DNA of 64,000 nt from Macrostomum lignano (Eukaryota): assembly GCA_002269645.1 (NCBI GenBank), contig NIVC01001967.1, positions 124,001 through 188,000 of the forward strand. The letters are read 5' to 3'. Positions 12,680 through 24,844 of this stretch are shown one piece after another; positions within the stretch are counted from its first letter, which is position 1, and every line of letters starts with the position of its first letter. Under the pieces are notes generated by a model that saw only the letters and a program-made list of their open reading frames with translations, was not told where the DNA came from and did no database searches. Position numbers and translations under genes: made by a program.

Positions 12680-14110
12680 TCATCTCGGATCCAGGGAGAA
12701 GACAACCGCAGCATTCTTCAGCTGTTGCAGGGTCCTCACCAGAGCAGTCGTCCAGTAACACTCGTCGTACTCAATCCCGAGTCGAGCGCACACAGCCTTC
12801 ACGTGTTTGCTCGCTTCCCTGAACCGATGTCTTGGCATCAGCGGAAACAGGTGGTGCTCAATGTGAAAATTCAGCCCGCCATGAAACCAGTCCATCCACA
12901 CGGGGTTCTTTATGTTGATGTTGCACTCAACCTGCATTCGGTACCAGTTGGTCTCCTCGCAGACTTCTTTGCGCTCGTAGAAAGGCTTACAGTAGTGACT
13001 CACTAATAGCTGGACATGAAGAATTCCTTCTAGCATTGACGCCAAAGAGTAAGTTACAAAAACTTGAGTCCATGTTGGAAGTTGGCACAAGAGAACGCTC
13101 ACCCAGATAATGTGCAAAATCAAAGCCAGCCATATAATGAGCCGCTTTTCACTCTTGAATGCAGTGATGATTATAGCAGTTCGACCAAGTATTATGCAGG
13201 CAGGAAGGAACGTCCAATGCTGGATTTTTATCAGCTTATGCTGCAGTTTCATTGTGAAGAATGGGAACAACTTTTTGTTTTGCGCCCACGATTCCTCTTT
13301 CATCTGAGGGTCGAAAAACCCATTCTCATAGTCGACCGTATTGGTGAGTGCGTGGTGGACGTAGTGCTCTTCCTGCCACCAGAAGCTGTTGACGCCCACA
13401 CCGAGCGTTCCACACGCGAGGCCGATCCAGTTGTCAATCTTGCGCTCGTGGAAGCCTTGGCTGTGCATGAAGTCGTGCATGAAGAATCCGCATTGCTGCC
13501 AAAACAGAGCGAGGCTGCAGCTGGCCAGACAGTGCCAGTACCAAGAGCTGCAGCCCACAACCAGAAACAACGTGAGAGCCAACAAAGAGGCTGCAAACGC
13601 CATCTTGCCGGCATACCACACTGCACTGGTTTGAAAGAAGCCCTGCTTGATGAAGAACTGGTGCAGCTCTGCGAACGCCTCAGCGGCAGGGTCGTCTTCG
13701 CTCAGTCTGTAGGTGGCTACAGGCCGCATGTGTTTGAGCACATCCTTGGTATGCAGCCCTTTGAACACGGGAGTAGCGTCTTTGCCAACAAACTGAGCAA
13801 TCACAGAGCCGCCTGGGTGGTGCGGGATGAATTTGGAAATGTCGTACCATCCACCGTTGATTCCGATGAGCTTGGCAGTCGGATGGGAACTCATGTAAGC
13901 CTTGTACGCTTCGGTCCTCGTTAGTGCATCTGCTGGGATCTTCAGTGCAGGGTTGCTTCGACGAATGCAGCTGAACCCATTTCGCGAGGAGTCTTCTTCC
14001 GTTTCTGCATCTTGTACAGCCTCTCGAAGCTCAATAGTAGTGGTTGAGTTGGTCGCAACGCGGGTGCTGCATTCTGAAGATTGATGCTTACCTAGGCGAT
14101 GACTTACCAT
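12680..14110 (-). CDS. Cytochrome b5-fused desaturase, copy 3 (476 aa, intronless)
   Basis: Intact ORF with HPGG, HDFMH, HYVHH and HIEHH; differs from copy 1 mainly in the N-terminus and one ~40-aa block. Confidence 0.93.
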   Translation of the reverse strand: MVSHRLGKHQSSECSTRVATNSTTTIELREAVQDAETEEDSSRNGFSCIRRSNPALKIPADALTRTEAYKAYMSSHPTAKLIGINGGWYDISKFIPHHPGGSVIAQFVGKDATPVFKGLHTKDVLKHMRPVATYRLSEDDPAAEAFAELHQFFIKQGFFQTSAVWYAGKMAFAASLLALTLFLVVGCSSWYWHCLASCSLALFWQQCGFFMHDFMHSQGFHERKIDNWIGLACGTLGVGVNSFWWQEEHYVHHALTNTVDYENGFFDPQMKEESWAQNKKLFPFFTMKLQHKLIKIQHWTFLPACIILGRTAIIITAFKSEKRLIIWLALILHIIWVSVLLCQLPTWTQVFVTYSLASMLEGILHVQLLVSHYCKPFYERKEVCEETNWYRMQVECNINIKNPVWMDWFHGGLNFHIEHHLFPLMPRHRFREASKHVKAVCARLGIEYDECYWTTALVRTLQQLKNAAVVFSLDPR

Positions 14111-14949
14111 GCTTCTCGTGTTACTGCCGATTTAGGAATTTTTCTTTAGCTTGTTACGTCTAAAATTGGTGTGAATAATTATTTTAAATTCATTTTCTAA
14201 TCCTTGAGAAGAGTCGACTTTTAATGCCGTTTTATTCAAAACACAATGTGTGTTTCGTTGCAGTGAGAAAATGTTAATGCTTGTTATAATGCTGGTACGG
14301 GCGTATCTTGTGTAAACAATAGCTATAGAATCGTTTGACTTTATTAAAGCTTTCCTTTATCGCCTGCTAGATTTGACAAGATTGACTGTCTGTGATATAT
14401 AAAGAATTTTGAGCGAGAATTAACATGTAGGTGGACTTTTTGGCCACATTTTACGAACATGTAGCTGCTAGCTTGCGAATGACTGACTAATGACTGTTAC
14501 ACACAGTGGGTAGTAATCAATTTGGCTCGCATTCGCCTCAAGGTTTTTTTGCAGAATATGTAAAAATGATTTCATTAAGATATGCACCTACAATGGCTAC
14601 ATTATAAATGTACATTGTTATTATTTGTTTTGGCTGTCTGTAGCAGCGGAGATTAAGTATTGTATTAAGTATTAAACTAAACTGAGCATTGAATTGTCAA
14701 GTTAGATTTGCTATCTCGCCAGCATTAGGCTTGTGGAGCCCATGTATGTAGAAGTCAAACAAGGTGACAAACTGTAGGTTGTTATTGTATTGTATTGTAA
14801 TGTTATTGTATTCTCCGTTCAAGTTTCGCGATAATATTGAATATTACCGAATAAAGCACTGGATAAATAATGTCTTGGAAATCGTCCTATATTTTAATCT
14901 ATTCAATATTATCAAGGGTCGGAAAACTCCGTCCCGCGGGCCACGTCTC

Positions 14950-15021
14950 CCCTATCCTCTTTCCTTTCTCTTCTTTCCCCTCTCTCCTTCCCCTCCTCTT
15001 CCCTCTTCTCTCATCTTATCT

Positions 15022-15062
<41 letters not shown>

Positions 15063-15145
15063 TCCCACTCTCTCTTCTCTCATCCCATCTCTCGCCTCTC
15101 CTCTCTTGTCTCATTTCTCATCGTCTATTCTCTCTCCTCTCCACT
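14950..15145. repeat. CT-rich low-complexity tract with (CT)n microsatellite
   Basis: Direct reading. Confidence 0.9.
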
Positions 15146-16600
15146 TTTACATGTAGCTGGTTATGATGTAAAAAAAATTGCCGACGCCTGTTCTACATAA
15201 AAGCGTCTGACGAGTTCCAAGCTATTATTATCTTAATTCACTATTTAATTCAGTGTAGTATCCTAGTATCCCCAGCAATTCGTATCTCTACATACACAAA
15301 TGTAATAAAAGCAACACTTACCTATGAGCAAAGGAAAGCTTTAGCTGACGAATGGTACGCAAGGTTAATAGAATTTACTGTTTTTTCGGATATTTGAGCT
15401 GAGTTTGCAAGAGCTACCTAACTATGTATGCAACTAACCTTTGCAGTGGGTGTGTGGCCTTGCAATAACCTGAAAGAGTGGCTGTTGCTGCACATCCACT
15501 ATACTAAAATTCTACCTAAATACCCAACAGCTCAGATGCTATGCTTCATTCATTAGAGAGCAAGGGGTAGAGAGTAAAAATTCTCTGCCCCAAACCATGG
15601 CAACCACACCCCGAAACAATGGCATTGGATGCTGTATTCGTGCGCAGAAGTCCGCAGAATGAAAATGAACGCACTTTTTCAACCCTCAAGCCTGAGCAGA
15701 GTACAGTGCAGTTCTCTCTGCTTCTCCCAGCCGCCTTGGGCGGATGCAGCGATCATGCTTGAGTGAATGAAAAGGAAAAAGGTTGACTGGCCCACCGCTG
15801 CCCCCATTCTTCAGTGTGTGCGCACCCATGCACTCAGAGGCTCTAGAACTTGTGTCCTAGGCAACGACGAGAGATGAGGAATATGCAAATAGGGAAACAC
15901 TCTGGTGCAGTAATGCTTATTATATGAAGTGGCAGGCCTCTCAATTTAATAAGCTAGTTCGTACTATACACTACATGCACTGACCTGACTTTCACCGCCG
16001 TGTCAGTTCTTACATCAGAATCCTGCCATTAAGTACATTATAGGAAGGGCGAGTCACTTGTCTACCTCAGTTTCCCTCAGGGCCCCAGACTCAACTAGTA
16101 TAGGCTGTCTGGTAGGCAAACTCATTATAGGAAGATAGGTGCCGATATTCTCCAGGGGAACTTTGGGCATGATTTCGGCAGACTGATCAAGGGTCGGTCT
16201 TGATATATGCATCCGCAAAATGTATGCATTTTAATACATGTTGCAAACAGGTAGTAGCTGGACAAACGGTTGAGCTACCTAAGCTACGTAAAAGCCTTAA
16301 GGTTTATTTAATGCAGAATATAAGATAATTACAGAGAAACAGGCAATAGCTACTCGAAAACTACAGTATACTCGTAGACTATAAGCATGCAATGGCGGGG
16401 GGATGGGGGTGGATGTTTATTACGCATTACACTAAAATCTCACAAGAAGGCATATACTTAAAGAATATTATTGCGGTCACCCCCTTGGAGGGACGGGAGA
16501 GTGCAGGTCACTTGGAGGCCGCAGCCCCCCACCCCCTGTGCTGCTACTGGCTATACTCAGCAGCAACCTAGGCCCCCCCACTCCCTCTCAACTGACACTG

Positions 16601-16900
16601 TCACGCGGCACAAAAGTTGAGCAATGTCTTTAATGCTTGTTTCAGTATCACCGTGAGTAGGAACCACGAGCATGCAAAAGTGCAAGTGTTGTCACTCATC
16701 GTAGCATCCTGATCACCAGCCAGTTGGTTAACTCTTGGGGCAGCTGCTGCCAGGCATTCAGAACCGACTGTCGCAACCTGTTCAGCATTCTGCAGACACC
16801 CTTGCCAACTCTTTGCTTCACGAAGTCCCAGACAGGCTCGATAGGATTCATGCCTAGAGCGGCCGCCTTTGGCGGCCTGTTCCAATGTGCGAATTGCGTT
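16601..16900 (-). mobile_element. Tc1-like transposase C-terminal remnant
   Basis: A minus-strand frame reads MNPIEPVWDFVKQRV...LNRLRQSVLNAWQQLPQELTNWLVIRM, matching the Tc1 LNPIEHVW...W..IP...LI.SM region. Confidence 0.7.
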
Positions 16901-17227
16901 GCGCAACCCCCTTCCCACTTTGAAGGAATTTCTGAATCACAGAGATAGTATGCAAAACTTTTGGGTCGTGTTGTGAGTGTACCGCAGGTACTGGAATACT
17001 GTACCTAGATACATCCAAGCCCTCGCAATTAAAGCTGTGAAAAAAGTAAAGCGTCTACTTTTTTAAACTAGTTTGTTTGCGCGGTGTCGCTGAAATTTTT
17101 GTGGCAGCTAAATTTTTTTCTTCGGGGTTTGCGGCCTCAAGAATACGTGGGGTCAAGAATGAACAAGCATTTAACTTTTATGTACAGTACATGTACTGAA
17201 AGTGAACGCAAGACTGGAAACTCAACC

Positions 17228-17697
17228 TAGAGGGCAGGCATAATCTAGCTCAGCCAATGAGAGAGCAGTAAAGAGATGAAGTCAAACCGTCAAAGCCAGA
17301 CGGACGAAGCCGTCTAGGGCAAGCCCAATCTAGCTCAGCCAATGAGAGAGCAGTAAGGAGAAGAGGTCAAACCGTCAAATCCAGAAGGACGAAGCAGTCT
17401 AGGGCAGGCCCAATCTAGCTCAGCTAATGAGAGAGCAGTAAGGAGAAGAGGTCAAACCGGCAAAGCCAGACGGACGAAGCAGTCTAGGGCAAGCCCAATC
17501 TAGCTCAGCTAATGAGAGAGCAGTAAGGAGAAGAGGTCAAACCGGCAAAGCCAGAAGGAAGAAGCAGTCTAGGGCAGGCCCAATCTAGCTCAGCCAATGA
17601 GAGAGCAGTAAGGAGAAGAGGTCAAACCGTCAAAGCCAGACGGACGAAGCAGTCTAGGGCAGGCCCAATCTAGCTCAGCCAATGAGAGAGCAGTAAG
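17228..17697. repeat. 85-bp tandem repeat, ~5.5 copies
   Basis: AATCTAGCTCAG recurs at 17242, 17327, 17412, 17497, 17582 and 17667. Confidence 0.95.
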
Positions 17698-18981
17698 TAA
17701 AAACGTCGAAGTCAAACTGCCAAACAGCCAAACTGTTTATCGGCCTTAGCTGGGGCGCTACCCTTTTTTTCTCTTGCCCGCTATGCACACGAACTGGATT
17801 GCTTTTTCCAAGTTTTCCTACATGAAACAATTGGTCTTTATTCCATAAATAGTAAATACTAAACATATCGAGCCTGAAGCAGTTTGGAGCCAGTAAGACA
17901 GGACGGATATGCTAATTTTAACGTGTTTGCTCGTAGAAAGCCAGAGGCGATTTTTGCTGTTTCAAAAACTAAATATCTTAAAGGCAAAAACGCAAATTTG
18001 ACATACTGACATATGGTTTATAATGAAACCATATAACACTGCGTACTGGTCTTTGTTGCTGAAAGGTGAAAATAATCAAAAAATTATTAATTATAAGCAA
18101 TTAGGTTTAAACTACACGACAGTATTATTCATAATTTAATTAATTTAGGTGATAATAATTTTCAGCCTGCTTACGAGTACTATCAAGGTTTACAATTCTA
18201 TTTCAAGACAACACAGGTTTGTCATGTCAAAGAGTTTCAATAATGTTTCGAATATTATAATTGTGGGGCAAGACAGCTAAAATACGAAGCAAACGATGCG
18301 TTTAATACACTATCATCAAATCAGTGGCTACAAATCCACAGTAAAAATAGAGCTAGGCTTCAAGTATGAATAAAAAACTCAACAAGAATTGCTCAGTAGT
18401 CGTCGCCTTGAGAACTAAACGGCAGAGAGTACAATGACATGATGACGCTATGCTTACTCTGACTAACACACGCATCTGTTTGTCGGAGAAGCGTATCGGA
18501 CAAAACTGATTTTACGATAGGAGTGCGACTTGGGCAGAAAAATGCAGCAATGCATCCATGAAGCCTAGATAATGGTACAGGTGGAGTGTCTATAAAGCTA
18601 TGCAAAGAACTGGCTCGGCGTCTTTTGCGCTATAATTATATTTTATCGCTGACCATTATAGCTGAGCGCACATAACTTAGCTTAGTTATTTAGACCAAGA
18701 AGATTGAAACCTGAACTATTAATGTCAATTACTAATCAGCCTATAATTTTCTGCGGAATTTAAAAAATATCGAAATTTTTATCACAAAATTCCTGATGCA
18801 GCTGCAGGCCAGCAATCAGCAAGAAGTAAGGCAAAAATCGATCCTTTTTAATCATGCGGATATCGAAACGCAAAATTTACACAACAACGTCTACAGTATT
18901 TAAGAGTATAAATTACTAGTTTAGCTAAACTGTAGAAGATTAAACATGCCTTTGAGGGACTTTAGGGGGGTTGGTCCTCAA

Positions 18982-19052
18982 GGGCGGACCTGGAATCGAG
19001 CCTGGGCCGCTGGCACATAAGAACGCTAGACCATTAGGCTACGACACTCGCC
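18982..19052 (-). ncRNA. tRNA-derived pseudogene or SINE head
   Basis: Minus strand GTGTCGTAGCCTAATGGTCTAG...CGGCCCAGGCTCGATTCCAGGTCCGCCC: A-box (TAGCCTAATGG) and B-box-like (GCTCGATTCC) at tRNA spacing; no clean cloverleaf. Confidence 0.55.
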
Positions 19053-19773
19053 GGAAATAGGATTCTCATAGCGAACTCAGTGAGATTAGAAGAAGCTAGG
19101 GCAAGGGTTACGCACAGTCGCACATTGCATGAATAATAATAAAAATTCGGTGACATTCCGACAATGAATTAGAAGCAACATAGAAGCAGCTCTTTTTAAT
19201 ACGAGTATTATAAGATCGAAATATTAAAGAAGTCACTGATTCGGCCAAAGAGCAGATATCATGAGTTAAAGATGAGTTCTGAAGCCAGTTGATTGGCAAA
19301 TATTTATAACATTTTCTAAATAACAGGTCTAGGTCGCGGTAACAGTTCAGCATGAGCACTATAATATAGCTAAGCTATATATGACAGACTAAACTACTAA
19401 AGTTAACAGTACAAATCACATCACAACTAACAATATAGACCTAAAGGAAGAAGAAAACTTCAGTTTTCTTAAAGCTAAATTTCTCGTAAGATATAATTGT
19501 AACAATTAGGGTACGCGGGAAAGCTGTTTTGATACACATTAACAAATAATTCATGATCGAAAACATAAGAGAAAAATACTGTGAGCGCATCGATAATGCC
19601 GTTTGCATTGAGCAAATATGGCAGGTTTGCGCTGTAAAATTGATTACTCAGAATACAAGGACACAAAACTAAATGGTGAAACAATTTCTAATGTAATCGG
19701 ATAGCCTGAGAACATTGAAGTTCGTCCACAGTTTTCATTATATCCATGTGTTCACCTCGATGATTGAAAGCCT

Positions 19774-22700
19774 CTAGTCGCAAGGTTTGTACATGACAGT
19801 AGTAACGAACTTCTTCCTATAGCGGTGTATTGTGGACAGCACAATAACGCCGTCCTTTATGCTCAAAGCGTAAAGGTGGTTGAGCATCACGTGATCTGGC
19901 TCGGGCAGAAGGTTCGGATCGTACTTGGCGTCAGTTGGCTTGTTCAATATTACCTGGAGCAGTTGCTGGGGCAGAGCGGGAGGGTTCCTGCCGGGCCCCG
20001 AGGCTCTTGGCTGCGGCACTGTGTTGGTGTAGCGGCCTGTCAGTGGAATTATTAAATGGCAAGCATTGAGCTAAGGTAAAGCTGGGCACCACTCAGCCGG
20101 ATAAACATTGACAGGCTTGCAGAGGCAGGGTTTTAAATCACAAAAAGAGGGAAATAAGTCACAGAGGGAGACGTAAGTCACAGAGGGAGACGTAAGTCAC
20201 AGATGGAGATGTAAGTCGCAGATGGAGATGCAATTCGCAGAGGGAGATGCGATTCGCAGATGGAGATGCGATTCGCAGATGGAGATGCAATTCGCAGAGG
20301 GAGATGCAATTCGCAGATGGAGATGCAATTCGCAGATGGAGATGCGATTCGCAGATGGAGATGCAATTCGCAGATGGAGATGCAATTCGCAGAGGGAGAT
20401 GCAAGTTGCAGAGGGAGATGCAATTCGCAGATGGAGATGCAATTCGCAGATGGAGATGCAATTCGCAGATGGAGATGTAATTCGCAGATGGAGATGCAAT
20501 TCGCAGATGGAGATGCAATTCGCAGAGGGAGATGCAATTCGCAGATGGAGATGCAATTGGCAGATGGAGATGCAAGTCGCAGATGGAGATGCAATTCGCA
20601 GAGGGAGATGCAAGTTGCAGAGGGAGATGTAAGTCGCAGAGGGAGATGTAAGTTGCAGAGGGAGATGTAAGTTGCAGAGGGAGATGTAAGTTGCAGAGGG
20701 AGATGTAAGTCGCAGATGGAGATGTAAGTCGCAGATGGAGATGTAAGTCGCAGAGGGAGATGTAAGTCGCAGATGGAGATGTAAGTCGTAGAGGGAGATG
20801 TAAGTCGCAGAGGGAGATGTAAGTCGCAGAGGGAGATGTAAGTCGCAGATGGAGATGTAAGTCGTAGAGGGAGATGTAAGTCGCAGAGGGAGATGTAAGT
20901 CGCAGAGGGAGATGTAAGTCGCACACGGAAATACATCACAATACCCCAAGCGAAAAGTTTTGAATTTCAAGGTGCATCTCAATAGACACTGATTATGTGA
21001 AACGCGCCAGCCACCAACCTGTAGAAGCAGCCGTTCATAGCAATCGGGAACTATGACTAGAAAATAATATTTATGACTATGATCAAACACTAATAAATTG
21101 GCCATAACTTTGCACGCTTGTACTTTAATTAAAAACGAGAAGTTTTAAATTTTTCACAGTGAGCTATTCTACATCGATTGACAATTAGTAAGCAGCATTA
21201 ATTACCAGGTGGACTGCCGGAACGGTGGCGGGTGCGCTCGGAGACCTCCGATTGAGTTGTAGTGTCCTTTGGCTGATTGGACTCTGCAATGTCCATGGCC
21301 AAGGCTTCAAACACTTCAAAGTCGGACGCCTTGACTTCGATCCGGTTGTTCACCGAGCCCATGTTGTTGGGCACAGTAGGCTAAAATTGAAAGTGAGTTT
21401 TTCTGTTTGAGTATTTAGCTGTATTTAGCTCCATGTAAGCTCGTAAGCACGAAAATTAAATAGATTCTTTGGTTTAGAATAGCTCATGCTAAATCTTAAA
21501 GAAATTGGATGCCAAAGCTCGTTTAGATCGCCATCAAAGGAGGTACTTTTTGCTTGTACCCGAGGTGCTGGTGCTGCCAAAAGTGTCCAGACTAATGCTC
21601 ACTACATGGTCAATCCACATCAAATTTGATGAAATTTGATATCGAATTAGTCTGAATTTTACGGGTCCATGAGAATTATCCGCAGACGAATTGCCTGCCG
21701 AAATTTTCTCGCAATTACGATGTGAAATGCAATGTGAAATTTCGGGTCTATGAGAATTTCCCGCAGGGTTCCAGTCGGAATTTCAAGTCAAATCCAGTCT
21801 ATAGATAATGCTGGACTGGACTAAATTAGAACTAGCCTACACTACACTAGATTTCAAATCCGATTGAATTCGACTTGAAATCCCGATTGGAAAAACCCTG
21901 CGTTAAAAACTCGCTGCGCGAAAAGTTCGTGCGGGCACACCTCGCTGCGGGAAAACTTCCTACGAGAAATTCTCATAGACCCGAAATTTTGAGCTCCCGA
22001 AAGTGACAGAACTTTTCGATCGCGTGAAGGTGACCAGCAGGAATTTTCAACGATATGAAACTTTGCGCTTAAGAAATTTTGGGTTTGTGAAAGATTTTCT
22101 TTCGACGATGTGCAATTTTGAGCACATTTTAAGCTCCAGTCGAATGCTATCAAAATGCATCTCAATAGACACTATGTCAAACGCGCCAGCAACCAACCGG
22201 TAGACACAGCCGGCCATAGCGATCGGGAGCTGTGACTAGAAAATCAAATTTGTGAATTCGATCAATGATGACTAAATTGGTCATCAATTTTCACACTTGA
22301 TGCTTTGAGTAAATACAATTTACATGATCTCTGAATTACGTTTCAGTCAAATTCTGACTTGAACTGCCTATGTACTGAGAATTAGTCCGGGAACTTCTGC
22401 AGCACCCTTCATACATGAGTTTTGATCTCTTTAAACATTAAGACAATGTGAACGAGCTTTCCTTTTTTTCTTTGCTGCCGTGTTATCGGTGTTCAGTTCA
22501 GCACAAGGACTGAGGGTCGCAACGCACCCTCAATTACCCCAGCTAATGCTGGCTCCAATTTTACAGCTGAGTGAACTGAAGCAATTCAGATTTAAGTGTC
22601 TTGCTTATGCACAGAACAGACAAAGTTTTTACACAATCCACAGCAGCACCAACCTGCTTCCCATCGTGCTTCCAAGCATCGTCTACAATGAACTTGTATT

Positions 22701-24261
22701 CGTGGACGCCTTGGGGCAGCTCAACGATGGTGTAGAAATTGTCCCGACTGAAATTGTTAAAAATGCGCAAAGAACTTTGCAAAACCACTAAATGCAATAT
22801 TTCTCTGCGTACGGACATCCAATATACATAAATTTCTTATGCGTTTGGTTGGAGGTTGGTTTACAAGTCAGCTAGTAAATACGTTCCTAGTAATTTACTA
22901 GCTCGTACATGTACCTTTTCAGCATGGAATTTGACAAAAGTGACTTTGAATTTAGGCTTGATTGGCTAGCTCTATAGCTTTCCGATAGACTACAGTAAAG
23001 AAGCTACACGATTTGTCCGTAAATCAGTCAGCACTTCTACTGTATCTTATCGCACTGATTCTTTCTATCCATATAGCATCCTATTTTTCAACCCATGCGT
23101 AGACCGGAAGCAAGCAAAATTACCTGTTATTTTTGTTTTCTAATTTTCGAAACTTTTGTGTCCATGGATTTTTGCCACAGACAAGACAATCTCTGGGTGT
23201 GAAAAATCTATCAAAAAATGCATTTTAAAAAAGTACACCTTGAAGAGAAACTCCAAATAGCAACACTTTTTTATCTCTGGGCATGGGCGTCCTGGTGAGA
23301 AATCGTCAATTTAGTGACAAAAATGCTCATTTTTGTAATCTCGCAAATGCAGTTCAAATCGGATTTGGGACTTCAAATAAATTTTCATTATATATCTTAC
23401 AATTATATCTTACAATAAATAAATAAGCACAGGACCAATCCCTTATTCCAGGCGATCTCATCCTGAATCAAGTCACTGTGTTGTTGCGACCGCTCAATAA
23501 CTAAAATCATTTTAAGCACCACCCCAAACGACTCACCTTTTCACCAAAGGAATTTTGGACTGCCAAGAGTTGAAACTGCCGGTAAGAAACACCTGCTTGC
23601 CGCCGCCTTCCCATTTGAATACTGTCGGCAATTTGCTGGCAGTCACGTGATCGCCCGGCTTCTCGCTCAGAGTGGCCGCTCGCAAGCGGAAATGCTCTTC
23701 TTCGCTGACATTCTAGTGGGATGTTATTGAAAAAGTGTTTTATTGTACACTGTTCATGGCAATATACTAAAGATTGCTTGTAGGTAAGTTGTAGCAGAGT
23801 TTAGGAAGAAAAGTTAGCATTAATTTAGTGCAGAAAAGCTTGCAGCAGTTGTGCAGTGAAGCTTTGGCAGTACTCACTTTAGAAGGGAGACGAGGGAGGA
23901 GAGGAGGGAAGAGAGGAGAGAGAAAATAGAAGAGCTGAGAATAGACTTAAGCTTTGAGCGGGATGGGTTGCTACTGTAAAGTTTCAAAGGATACGGGGGC
24001 CGCATAGAGTTTGCCGACGCCTGCTTTAAAAGAAAAAACCAATAGGACAAGGATAAATAATAGTATGAGTAGCAAGGAGTAGTGTGAGTAGCATTAACTT
24101 ACCTTAATAATAGCTGATAGATCAGTAGAGCCGTCCGATTGGCCATCTTGCGAGTCTTCATGTGGCTTCTTTTTCAAAGGGGGCTGGTAGCCAGCATTCT
24201 CCGCCAATCCAGACGAAGGTCGCCGCGATCTGCCACTGTCGCTGCCAGGTGTGTTTCCCAT
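19774..24261 (-). CDS. PRKAB: 5'-AMP-activated protein kinase beta subunit (288 aa, 5 coding exons)
   Basis: Exons complement(24103-24261, 23537-23712, 22654-22747, 21206-21380, 19774-20036), all GT-AG and phase-compatible, total 867 nt. N-terminal MGNT myristoylation motif; CBM LPTVFKWEGGGKQVFLTGSFNSW...VKSRDNF...HEYKFIVD; C-terminal LPEPDHVMLNHLYALSIKDGVIVLSTIHRYRKKFVTTVMYKP. Confidence 0.96.
20145..20923. repeat. 19-bp minisatellite (GAKGGAGATGYAAKTCGCA)n, ~41 copies, in the last AMPK-beta intron
   Basis: Direct reading; source of spurious ORFs 20159-21105. Confidence 0.95.
20945..22310. repeat. Dispersed ~200-bp repeat present twice (20945-21170 and 22130-22310) in AMPK-beta introns
   Basis: Shared TGCATCTCAATAGACACT...AAACGCGCCAGC.ACCAACC...ATCGGGA.CT.TGACTAGAAAAT on either side of exon 4. 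Confidence 0.7.
21737..21989. mobile_element. MITE-like element with 23-bp perfect terminal inverted repeats
   Basis: AAATTTCGGGTCTATGAGAATTT (21737-21759) and its reverse complement (21967-21989), with further internal inverted similarity. Confidence 0.7.
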
Positions 24262-24669
24262 TCTCTGGTGAGCTGCAAATAGAAATGCTCTTGCAAATAA
24301 TGCATGCAGTAGTATGGCAGTTTAAATAAAGTCTCATATGTGAGCACAGCATTGGAGAATTGGCTTGACTCTGGTACCCAGCCATACCCTGAGGCAGTTG
24401 GATTCTGGCTTATGTCTGATGAATTTTTATGGAATTTCTATTATGTCTGTATGTTTTTGAGTTAATAGGTAAAAAATAACTTGGCCTCAATATCTTTTAT
24501 TTTGAAAATTTATTAGAAGTATCCTATTCAAATTAATCATGGGAAGCACTATAATTTTTTACTAGACTTAAACAGGAAATGAACTAAAGGAAGTAAAGGA
24601 AGCATCAGAATAAATATAAAAGTGTTATTCAGGCATAAAAGAAGTGTCATGCCAAACATATAGAAGATT

Positions 24670-24844
24670 CAGTTGGGAATTGCTACAATGTCAAGGCTTA
24701 GGGGAAATAGCTATAATGCTGTGACTCTTGAGGAGAATAGCTGAGATGCCAAAGCTGAGACTAAAAGCTATATGTAGTTTATAAAAAAATATAACCCATT
24801 CTTTGTTCTTTGTTGGCTCCCCAATGGGGGGTGCTGATTGCTAG
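24670..24844 (+). mobile_element. Helitron-like 3' remnant of the family found at 48-64 kb
   Basis: Degenerate GGGAATTGCTACAATGTCAAGGCTTAGGGG monomers followed by hairpin CCCC-AAT-GGGG and GATTGCTAG|T at 24844, matching the 3' end at 54046. Confidence 0.6.

Noticed and set aside
237-13924. Plus-strand and alternate-frame ORFs overlapping the desaturases (e.g. 639-1565, 5760-6668, 13064-13924)
   Set aside because: Antisense shadows of the real CDS; no recognisable motifs.
303-14110. Lack of introns as evidence of horizontal transfer or retroposition of the desaturases
   Set aside because: Neighbouring ACADM and the GPCR have only one coding intron each, so intron poverty is weak evidence; phylogeny is required.
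20159-21105. 250-300-aa repetitive ORFs
   Set aside because: Translations of the 19-bp intronic minisatellite.
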